The translations under genes were made by a program, and so were the position numbers. A model generated the notes under the pieces. The model ran no database searches and was not told where the DNA came from. It saw only the letters and a list, made by a program, of their open reading frames with translations. A stretch of 63,067 nt of DNA, filler included, from Reticulomyxa filosa (taxonomy: Eukaryota; Protista; Foraminifera): assembly GCA_000512085.1 (NCBI GenBank). It is 20 parts of 20 records of this genome, joined end to end, with 100 filler letters (N's around TTAATTAATTAA, not from the genome) between each part and the next. Parts side by side here need not be neighbours in the genome. Positions count along the whole stretch, not along the records: positions 10,581 to 14,065 come from ASPP01009720.1; positions 14,166 to 15,734 come from ASPP01022064.1; positions 15,835 to 17,643 come from ASPP01009764.1; positions 17,744 to 21,884 come from ASPP01001953.1; positions 21,985 to 23,388 come from ASPP01018219.1; positions 23,489 to 27,864 come from ASPP01017412.1; 14 more parts are not named here. One strand, written 5' to 3'. This document shows positions 12,471-23,520 of this stretch, in pieces (within the stretch, counting starts at the first letter, position 1; the number at the start of each line of letters is the position of its first letter).

Positions 12471-13549
12471 TCAACGTCGTCGCTGCTTGTCGAAGAGTCT
12501 TTTTTGCCTTGCAATCAAATGAGGTCTCCACCCTTTGAAAGGATTAGGATTGACAGGGCTGTCAATGGGTCTTTGAGGACTAGCAATGTCTTTGGTGAGA
12601 ATGGGCATACCGACGAACTTGCTCCAATGGAAAATGGTTTTGGGATCAGGCAAAGCCCTTTTTGTTTGCATGACAGTTTCGGAAGGATGATACCCGTAAG
12701 AGTGGGTCATAGTCTGTATTAAAGTAGTGATTTTCTTCCAATCCTCGTTGTTCCATTCCCCAGTTTGATATTTGCGATGATGGAGATCAGGGGACAGAGT
12801 GTGAGGAAAATAGCTATGCCATTGGCCATTGCTCCAATGTTTGGCAATTTCATCAGCGCCAATGAGATATTGGCGTTGATTGGCGTTTGCAATAACATTT
12901 GTTTTGTCACTTTGGTCTTTGCTTGTCTCCATTTGCTTGTCCACTTGCATTGTATCTGACAAGTGTTTTGTGTTGACAAACATCACCGGCATTTGCAAGG
13001 CTTTGTTGTTGTTCCCACACAATGTAACCAAATGATTTTGTAATAACTGTTTGTTCCCAAATTCGTCAATTGGCACGTTTTCATAACGTATGTTCAAAAA
13101 ATCCAAAAAATTTAATGTGTTGATACAAAATGGACATGTCGTCTCGGTGAATATCGCACATGCATGATTGTCGATATATGAGTTTATTATTGTCGCCGCT
13201 TCTGTCATTGTTCGTGGCAGATTGTACATTATGTTGATATCTATCGGGACATTCACATAGCTCATTACTTGTCGGTTCCACTTCATTTCATTCGGATACT
13301 TTTGCTTCAATAACTCTTTCAATCTTCGCTTTTTTTTTGTAATTCTCTATGTCGTACTCTCTCTTGCTCTGACATCTCCTCCGTTTGGTGCTTCATACGC
13401 CATTCTTGCATATCTTGCAGGTATTGCAGTCGAGAAATGTTGCTCTCGTTGGGAAAGCTTCGGTTGCCATTATAGCTACGACAGGACAACCAGGTAGAGA
13501 GAATATTTCGATATTTGCATTTATTTATTTTTGGAAAGAGGACCGCCAT
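12471..13549 (-). CDS. Glutaredoxin-domain protein (CPFC), one frameshift in an A9 run
   Basis: AIFTETTCPFCINTLNFL..YENVPID..QMPVMFVN..LIGADEI follows the glutaredoxin pattern. ORF 13319-13552 joins in frame if one A is added at 13330-13338 (RELQKKKRRLKELLK). The basic N-terminus resembles a targeting peptide. Confidence 0.75.
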
Positions 13550-15236
13550 CAATACTGCAATTTGATCTTTTGTTGGAACAAAGGGAGAAAAAAGTTAGCT
13601 CCCAATTTTTGTTTAGGGGAGTACCAAAGTCAGCTCAGTGTGTAAAAATAGATCTTATCAAATTTTTTAAAAATATATATGCACTAGGTTTGAAGAAGTG
13701 CAAGGAAAGGTTTCTAATAATTATTATTATTTTTTTTTTGTCACAATTCTATGCGGCTAAAATTTGACAGAGTAAAAGCGTGTGCCCAAAGTTTGACTCA
13801 AACAAACAAACACCAAACGCAAACTCCTACAAAAAACAAAAATCAAACCAAAAGGAAAAAAAAAAGCTATATCAAACAATTTCCAGGTAGACATGTAGGT
13901 AGTCGATGTCTCTCTGAAAAATCACTTTCTGAAATCACTTTGATTTTGTTTTGTAGAGAGCGGCACATTTTTTTTTTTTGTGTTTTTTTTTTTTTTTTTC
14001 TTGCGTGAATTTTGTCCACTCTCTTTTATCACGTAATAATAACATAAAAAAAAAAAAACCACAAANNNNNNNNNNNNNNNNNNNNNNNNNNNNNNNNNNN
14101 NNNNNNNNNTTAATTAATTAANNNNNNNNNNNNNNNNNNNNNNNNNNNNNNNNNNNNNNNNNNNNGTAAGATGCTGGTACTATTGTCCAGTTTTTTGCAA
14201 TTTCACCACGTGTTTTGTATTGGTGCCCTTTCTTGATGAATTCATCCCTTTACTTCTTGATACTGTTATATATTGAACATGATAGTCAATGATGTACTGT
14301 CAGTTTATGATTAAAACTCAATACTAAATAGATTTAGCTATAAATGTAATTGGATATGTTTGTTTGTGTTAGTGTTACGATTTAAGTCTTAAACTGAACA
14401 TAGTCATTAATCAGTGCATTTGCATATATTAAAGCAATATAATACATTTTTTTAATAAATACATTCATATATAAATAATATATAATATAAAAATAAATGA
14501 ATATGTACTATTTCTTTATCAAAATTCTTAAATTATTACATTATTAAATTCTTAATTTAAAAAATATATTATATTAATTTTAAAAAGTTTGTTGACTCCA
14601 ACTAACTCTTTTGCTAAGTATTTATACTTTGTTAGTAGGTATAAAGATTATATTTTTGTTGAGTTTATTTTATTTGTCTTTTTTTGTATCAAATTTTGTT
14701 AGATTTAGTTTGTTTATTATTATTATTTTGTGTGATTTGATTGTTAATGATGTTGAAAATTTGGAGAATAAATATAAGTGTTAAGAAAAGTGAAAATTAT
14801 TTTTGTTGGATCAAATAAAAACAAAGATGAAATGCCTGATTTATCATGATTTTGTTATGAATTAAGTGGTATCACTATGATTATTCAATTCTGTTGTTGT
14901 GTTTTATTGAAAGATATTTGTTTGAGCAATTGCACTATGTGTAACTGTATGTTTATTTACATGAATGGCTTATGTATTGTGTTTGTAATTGGATTGGTTA
15001 ATGTTGTTATTAAGTTTGATTTATTTCATATTTTTTTTAGTGCTTGATGCTCTTTACTGATAATTGCATTATAAAATATTTAAAATTTTAATCATAATTT
15101 TGATTTATGTGAAGTGAAAAATTTTATTTTGTATTTGGCTTTACAAATCAGTTTTTTGTTTTTGGTATAGACCCTCTGGAAAAAGTTTTTGTTTGTGTAA
15201 ATTGAACCAATTTTTTAAAAAAATCATAAATTGATT

Positions 15237-15623
15237 ATGGTTTTATGTTCACGAAGACAAATAGCTGATGTTTTTGACCGCATACACAAAACCTACATCG
15301 AAAAGCAAACACCTGTGGTCATCTTTGTCGCAAGTGGAGTAGACAGTATCTGTACAGCACACATACTGACGGTGAGTTTGTAAGAGCGAAATAATATATA
15401 TGGACCCCTTTTTTTGTTTGTCTGTTTTTCGGGGAGTGGTTGGAACAAAAATAAAAATAAAAAATTGGGTGTCACAACTCGGTTACTGGTTGCAATGCGG
15501 ATGTAACAAAAGTCGTTATTTCAAACGGACCATATTCACTATTCGATATATCCAGTGAACTCCTATGAGGATATCGACCGCGTAAACAAGCAATTTTTGC
15601 AGCCAAAGATCGAACAAGATGAG
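15237..15623 (+). CDS. CDC45: Cell division control protein 45, first two exons
   Basis: Exon 15237-15371 MVLCSRRQIADVFDRI..VVIFVASGVDSICTAHILT, intron 15372-15512, exon 15513-15623 SLFQTDHIHYSIYPVNSYEDI. Matches the CDC45 N-terminus ([34 protein letters not shown]). Absent from the ORF track. Confidence 0.9.
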
Positions 15624-15702
15624 GTTCGTGTGTGTGTGTGTGTTAATTTTTAAATAAAAAAAAACAAAAGCAAATGTATTTTGCAATGAGTGAGAGGAAT
15701 CC

Positions 15703-15734
<32 letters not shown>

Positions 15735-16383
15735 NNNNNNNNNNNNNNNNNNNNNNNNNNNNNNNNNNNNNNNNNNNNTTAATTAATTAANNNNNNNNNN
15801 NNNNNNNNNNNNNNNNNNNNNNNNNNNNNNNNNNCGTCCACGATGAGTTGTAATCTTTGTAGCTTTAACGGCGTTTTCAACACTTACATTTCTCTTACGC
15901 CTCACTTATTCATGTCAAAATATTCCTTTTTTCTCATTCTCATCTCATCTATTTGTGCATCTATTTTCTCATCTTTTTTTTATTGCTACTATCTTCCAAC
16001 TGAGCTTAAAGGCCCCCGACGCTCAAAAAAAAAAAACAACTTTGTAATAAGTTGAAACAAAATTTAAAGATTGTTGAACTTTTCACATCTTATTTAAATT
16101 CTAAATGATTACATTTCACCTTTCATTGCTCTGAAAGAAGAGATAACACTAGCGCAAAGCAAAAACAACAATTATAACTGCTTTTTTTTTTATTGGATAT
16201 CTTTTGTTTAAGCTACACTTATCTTTACTACTATAAGCACATGACCGATTAGTTGAGGCAATGTATTTCTACAAACTGAAGGAACCGTTCTTTGTCGTCT
16301 TAAAAAAAAAAAGTGTGCATTAAAAATCTACAAAATTTGCGTCATTTCGTTCTTTTATCATCTTTCATCATTTTCCTTGAAAA

Positions 16384-17548
16384 ATGTCTTACTGTACAAT
16401 GGATTTGGCTTGTAAGAAAATGTTTGGAATGAAAAATGGAGAACACGACAAAAGAGATCACAGAAATAGTCAATACACTACGCAGCATGTGAGTGACTTG
16501 CTAAAGCCGTGTTTTCCGTATTTCGTGGTGCTGTAACACTAATTCACAACAAGAAGAAGATAATCTTGATTATCAAAACCTCACTTCCAACCTTAGTAGT
16601 ATTAACCATCATCAACAAATCTTTTTAAATGATATTGCAAGTGTTTCAACCTCTCCTCCATTGAAAGATGTTCGGTCATGTCCAGGCTGTGGTAAATCCA
16701 TTCTCAAAGATAAAGAAGCCATTTTAGCACACAAGAAGTACTGTCTTAATGAAGATTGTAAGTAAAAAAATAAATAAATAACAAAAATAAAAATTACATT
16801 GATTTATTTTTGAATATTTTGGATTAATCCAATAAAAACGTATTCAACAGGGAGAACATGCTGGGATTGTTTAGAGATGTTCTCGTCGATGCAACAATGT
16901 TTGAGACACAAAATAAAATGTCCAAATTCAACTGTTTACAAAAATAGACACAAAGACTATATTTGTGAAATTTGCCATAGCATATATCCAACAAAAAAAA
17001 AATTGAGTTAAGTTGCTTATATCATCATTTTACAAATAAATAAACAAATAGACATTTAAAAAAAAAAAAAAAATAGGTAGTCACATGCGAAATGTGCATT
17101 TGAGGCCATTGAAATGTGATGTTGATGGTTGTTCAAAAAGCTTTGGCTGTATAACTGCTTTGAAAAGGCACACAATCACACACTTGCAAAGAGACCAAAA
17201 ATTTGTTATTTGTGATTATTGTGATACTCAATTTAGATCCAAAAATGCTTTGCAAAAACACATTGAAATTTGTCATAACAAATTAAAGCCATTTGTTTGT
17301 CAACATTGTGACAAAGCGTTTTCCAGGTTTGATATATTACATTGCAATGTCTTTTCCTTTTTTTAAAAGAGAGATTTTTATCGATAACATCATAAAAAAA
17401 TAGGAAGTGGACTTTGACATTACATCTGCAAGGACATAATCCAAAGCAAGAGCAAACGCGATTTGAATGTTCCGAATGTCATCAAACATTCACACGAAAG
17501 ACAAATCTCACAAGACATGTGCGAATTCAACATTGCTTAAAAAAATGA
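16384..17548 (+). CDS. Multi-C2H2 zinc-finger protein (about 5 exons)
   Basis: Spliced fingers: CEICHSIYPTKKKLxSHMRNVH, CDVDGCSKSFGCITALKRHTITH, CDYCDTQFRSKNALQKHIEICH, KPFVCQHCDKAFSR/KWTLTLHLQGH, CSECHQTFTRKTNLTRHVRIQH. Stop at 17546-17548. 5' exon structure tentative. Confidence 0.85.
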
Positions 17549-19584
17549 TTTTTTGTGTTTGCATTTTAAAAAAAAGGTTCGGATGGTTTTTTTACGTTGG
17601 AGGTTTTGAAAATCAAGTTCCACATTTGAATGTGGCAACTATANNNNNNNNNNNNNNNNNNNNNNNNNNNNNNNNNNNNNNNNNNNNTTAATTAATTAAN
17701 NNNNNNNNNNNNNNNNNNNNNNNNNNNNNNNNNNNNNNNNNNNTATTTGTATTTGTATTTGTATTTGTATTTGTATGGCGTATTCGAATTGCTACGTGAT
17801 TCGTATTTTATATTCACTTGCAAGTTGTTGTCGATTATATGGCCTTGTTGCTACAATGCAAATGGACGAAGGCTTCAAGAACGTGGCGCTCCACTCGTGA
17901 CAGTCGCACGTGCGCGCGCGCGTCGGCGTTGCTTGACGGCCTCGTGGAACAGAGTGCCTCCGATGACAGGATAATAATTATATGTCGCGAACAGACTCCG
18001 TTGGCACGTGCTCAACGAACTCATGGACGACTCTAAGGCGAACAAGGTCTTTGCCATGCACGATGTCGGCGAGTATACGCAGCAGCAAAAAAAAAACAAC
18101 AACCCCCTCACGTGTCCATCGCGTGCACGCATCGGGCTCGATGATCATAGTCAGTCAGTCAGTCCCATGAACAAAAGGCGTGGCATGTACAAAAAAACAC
18201 ATTCGACAGAAATCCATTGCCTATTGTCCGTTGAATCTTCCAGTCGTTGTTTGTGTTGTCTCGTACTCGATCCCAGTCCATTGCATGTCCTATTGTGTTC
18301 ATATTACAACAATTGCGTGCAAACAAAAAACAAATACGGGCTACCACTTACTGCTACTGCTACCACTATTCTTGCCATTGCAATTGCTATTGCTATTGCT
18401 GCCGTCAATGCTTCCGTCAGTTGTTGATGCACGGATGGACCAGCGTCTCAATTATCCAAGCAAAATAATGATAATGCCACTACTAGTGACATATTCAAAG
18501 AAAAAACAGTTTGGCATTCCTTCGCCGACGATTCGAAACAAAAGAGTATGCAAATTTGAGCCATTGCATTACATCACTGCTGATGAGAGTGATCTTTCCA
18601 TTCGTCTGTCCGTGCTCCAACCATTGCTGCGAAGACGTTTATTGTATTGTATTGATTGGGCGGCATGTTTTTCAGCAAACTGCAGCACGAGCTGTTCATT
18701 GTGTATTGTATTGTATTGTATTGTAATTGTATTATATTGTGCTTATATTTTGTATTTTTCAAAATAAGTAATATAATGTATATACATCTATTTTCTTCTT
18801 TAATTCAAAACTCTTCAAGTCCCTTGCCCAAGGTATTGCTTGATTTTTTTTTCGCATAATTTTGTGGTTAACACCACTGGCGCTGGTCATGTCCACGTCT
18901 TCTTGATCTTCGCCACTGTTTCGAGCACCTGTTTGACTTTGCTTTTGTTTCTTGCTGTGCATGGTCTTCAAGTGTGTCTGCTTGACCGTTTTCACCAGAG
19001 ATTCTAGATACCTTTCAAGGCAAGTCTTTGTTGATTTTTATTTGTTTGCATTTGTAATCACTTCTTTTTTTTTTTTTTTTTTTTTTGCACAACAATCAAT
19101 CAATCGACATACCTTTTTGAGAATTTGAGAAATATAATCTTTGCTGTGGAAAAGGAGAATCTGTAGTAGTATTATTACTGCTGCTATTGCTAGAGGTACA
19201 AGTGTCACTCTTGCCATTGGGATTACTCATGCAACCAATTTGGTTTTTCCAAGGCTACTTTTCATCCATTACGTGCATCTGGTAGAAGAAAAGAAAGAAA
19301 ATGAAAGTAATGTTGCGAGAACGAATCATCTCAAGTCACAAAGACGAGCAAAGAAGTGGCAAGCGAAAAAAAAACTTGAAAACAAAAAGAGCAGAAAACC
19401 AGACATACCAAACACTCCAGATCAAACGAATGAAAAAAAAGGAAGCAGAAAAACAAACAAGCAAAATTGAAGCCGAGAAAGCGTCTACGCTATCTTCTGG
19501 CGCAAAACAGCAGTGCAAATGCACGCAATTGAAACTCGTGGATTGCATTCAACTCCATAGCAAGACCATGATGTTGGTATACGT

Positions 19585-20650
19585 ATCCATTGGAGAATGC
19601 GTCCTTTTGGACGAAAGCGCCATGCCATCAAACATTCCAATTCGCAAACGCATAAAGTTATGTGCAGCTTGTGAATGCGATCTTTCGATGGTTCGTCGCT
19701 GACATGCTCATATGATCCATTTACAACTCCTTGCACAATTTGTACGTCGCCTTTCAATTTCCTGCGCTTTTGCTCCAATATATTCGGACTATTCTTTTTT
19801 GCAAAAAAAAGTACACATTTTACAAAACCCTCCCCTTTGGATGGAATATCTTTAGTAAGAGTTTTTATTTTTTTTTAAAAAAAAAAATTTATATATTTTG
19901 ATTTGCCTTTAGAACACTGTAGAAATTACTTGGCTCCATATCATGCTGCGACGCATGCAAAAAGCAGGTCCCTTTCGAACCTTTGGTGCAATTGCCGCCT
20001 ACAAGCAACAGCTGATTTACACACAAAGTCGAACTTTTTACCAATCTCGAGAGCCAAAATGTACACATGTTTGCATTAACGTACATGCAACCAAACTGTT
20101 CGCGCAAAATGCCTTGGGGGGATGCACTTTAGCCAGGTGCTTGTCCATGCTGCTGCGTCTTTTCTCAATGGACCCAAATGCTAAGTTTGATCGAAACAGA
20201 ATTAATCAAAGCGGGATCTCAATATGACAGACTTGATGACTGTCAAGAAAAGAGCAGCTCAAATCGATCCGTTTGTCAACAATCCTAAATGTTTAGTCTT
20301 TTTAATTTGAAAGCTGGCATGAGTTGGACTTAATTTGATTTGTGCCAATATCATATTCATGTTGGACATTTGATGGAATCCTGCCATTGAAAATCAGGTT
20401 TGTAATATCGCTTGTTGTTGTTGTATTCTGTTGCATTTGTTAGTTTCATCCTTTCATTTTTATTCCACAGGCATTTGATCGTGTCCACAGAATTGGACAA
20501 ACTAAATCTATGACAATACATTGCCTTATTGTCAACAATAGCATTGAACAAAGAGTATTGAAACTGCAAGATAACAAAAAGAAGATGGCACAGGATATTC
20601 TGATACATAGCTCTCAGGATAAACACAATCTTTCACAAAATTTGAAGGCG
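19585..20650 (+). pseudogene. SNF2-family (RAD5/RAD16-like) helicase pseudogene
   Basis: Fragments IHW..LLDE/xHAIKHSNSQTHK, MLRRMQK, LSMLLRL, VFLI*KLA*VGLNLICANIIFMLDI*WNPAIENQ, then intron 20398-20470, then AFDRVHRIGQTKSMTIHCLIVNNSIEQRVLKLQDNKK. Multiple stops, frameshifts and deletions. Confidence 0.85.
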
Positions 20651-21984
20651 TAAGATTTGGCCAAGTTATTTATTTGAATTGCCTTTAGTTGTGTTCTCTC
20701 CTCCTATTTAATTGGCAACATCCAAAAAAAAAAAGCAAGTAATTTCTTTTTTAATTTTATATCTTTGCCAAAAGTACTTGTATTTTCATCTTGTTCAAAG
20801 CAAATTTCCTCTAACTCACAATTATGTTGAAGCACAAGTTTTTTAAATAGTGCCTATTTGGTATAGGAAAAATATTGTATGATGATGTTCTGAGAAAAAT
20901 ACTTATCTGAAATAAAATAGAAAACAATACTTTTAGTAATTTAAAAGAAAAAAACGCACCTAAATTAATTGTGGTTCATGTTGTATTTTTTTTATTAAGA
21001 AAATTCAGACAACTTTACGTTTCGAAAGAACCAAAAATAGTTTTTTATGTACAAGCTTTCTAAGCTTTCTGATTTTTTTTTTGCATGAAAAATTAAATAG
21101 AGTTGAAAAGTTGGCAACATTGAATTGTTACTAAAAAATTATTTCTCATGCTTATCATGTGAGATTGTTATTTTTAATGTATTCTACATTTTTCAAACTG
21201 ATTAAACATTTTTTCTTTATTTTCAACTCCACTCTATTTTTTTGTTTGAAACTCTGGAAAAAAAATCTTTCAACTCCAAAAAAATATTTTAAATCATCTC
21301 TTCTCTAATATCAATCAAGCAATCAGTAAAATTAAAGAAACTATTCAATTGAAGAAGATAGCTTAGCAGGTCTTCAAAGAAGAAGTAAACCTACAACCAA
21401 TTCCAACGTCATGTTTCAGCAAAGATTGGACATTTAAAATATTTTTTTGTTGCTTCTTTTAACTTTTGAAAAGAAAAATCTAGCGTTCTTTCTTTCTTCA
21501 GAGAACATACAGCACAATAGTAATCTTTAACACAATAATTGCATAGAACCTTTGAATTAGCGTTCTTCATTTATTATATGATAGCTTTATTAATTCAACA
21601 TGTATTACAAAGCAACTAAACAGAATTTTTACTTATTTAATTTAACCAAGGGCCCGTGGCTGTGTGTAGTTCCATTTTAACTTTACTTTTTCTTATAAGA
21701 AGTGTGATGCAAAAATTTTAAAAAGGCATATCCAGAAGTTGTGGTTTGGTATTATTTTCATCTACCTCAAGACTATGCATTGCAACTCCCAAGATGAGCA
21801 TGAATCGCAAGAGTATGTGCGACGAGATGTCGCTTAAATGCTAGGTTTTGCAGTGTGTAGTTGGTGGACAGGAATTTCGCTTAGNNNNNNNNNNNNNNNN
21901 NNNNNNNNNNNNNNNNNNNNNNNNNNNNTTAATTAATTAANNNNNNNNNNNNNNNNNNNNNNNNNNNNNNNNNNNNNNNNNNNN

Positions 21985-22022
<38 letters not shown>

Positions 22023-22023
<1 letters not shown>

Positions 22024-23206
22024 TGGTTCACACAAAGGCTCAATTGGCGAATCAAGATGTCCCGCCATCAAAAAAATGCCGTTATGGGGCGCGGAGTTGT
22101 AGTCCTTCCGCGAACAAGGACAAAAACACAAACAACACAAACGCAAACGCAAATACAAATACAAGCACAAACGCAAATGCAAATGCCACCTCAAATCTAA
22201 GTTCAAACGCAAACGCCAATGGCAATGTGAGTGTGAATGTCAATGGCAACGTGGGAAATGACAGTCACTTTAAAAAGAACAAAGTGGAAACCGGGAGCAT
22301 GTATCATGTCGGCATGAACAACGTGAATAATAATAGCAGTCACAATCGAAACAATGACCACAATAACAATCACAGCCACAATCACAGTCATGGCCTTAGC
22401 TTGAACAATACGCATGGCAACGGCAGCATGAACTTGGCCGCCATGAACATGAATGGCAAGAGTGGGCCAATGGAAAAGACAGTGTACCAAGCAAACTTGG
22501 CGATGGAAAGGAGAAGCAGCTTGGGGAGAAATGAGGAGAGAGAGCACAAGGGCCAAGTGGAAAGCAAGTATAAGACGTCGGCATTGACATTGCATAGGAA
22601 CGTGGGCAACATGAATGTCAATGTCAATACCAATGTCAATACCATCAGTTCAAACGTGTCCAAGTACTTTGACGATACGCATTACGTTGCTCCTTGGGAC
22701 ATGGAGGATGTGTCCAATGACTTGGCTTGTGTGGACTATGTCAATGATATCCTGGACACATTGAAGTTTTTTTTTTTTGTTTGTTTGTTTGTTTGTTTGA
22801 TGGGTTTATTCTCTATTCTATTTATATTTATATATATATGTATATGTATATGTATATATGTATATGTATATGTATATATATACATGTATATTGCAATGGA
22901 ACGAAGATGAAATGAAAATAACAGAACAGCTGAGCGGAAATATATAAGCACGGATTTCATGAGTTGGCAAAAAGACATAAGCGCTCGCATGCGCCTTATT
23001 TTGCTGGATTGGATGGTGGACGTGCACCGAAAATTTGAGTTGCTGCCCCCGACTTTGTATCTGTGTGTCAACCTGTTGGACCGTTTCTTGAGCGTGACTC
23101 AGGTGCAAAAGACCAAGCTGCAACTCACGGGCTGCGCTTGTCTATGGCTTGCGTCCAAGTACCATGAAATTTATGCCCCCGAAATTCGTGACTTTGTTGT
23201 CATTAG
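22023..23206 (+). CDS. Mitotic (A/B-type) cyclin, partial
   Basis: Asn-rich exon ending DLACVDYVNDILDTLK, intron 22766-22924, then cyclin box QKDISARMRLILLDWMVDVHRKFELLPPTLYLCVNLLDRFL..KLQLTGCACLWLASKYHEIYAPEIRDFVVI. Confidence 0.92.
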
Positions 23207-23488
23207 GTGAGATTTTGTCCCTTTCATTTAATTTTGTTTATATATATGTATATGTAAATAAATATATTTTTATATTTTTGTATTTATATATACATATATT
23301 TGTTTTTTTTTTTTTTTATTTTTTTGTGGGTTTGGAAACACGAAAACAAAAAACAAAACAAAACAAAATAAATAAATAAATAAAAGTGNNNNNNNNNNNN
23401 NNNNNNNNNNNNNNNNNNNNNNNNNNNNNNNNTTAATTAATTAANNNNNNNNNNNNNNNNNNNNNNNNNNNNNNNNNNNNNNNNNNNN

Positions 23489-23489
23489 C

Positions 23490-23520
<31 letters not shown>

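Noticed and set aside
18759-19250. Possible two-exon minus-strand gene fragment
   Set aside because: Exon phases do not join without an indel and no family is recognisable.
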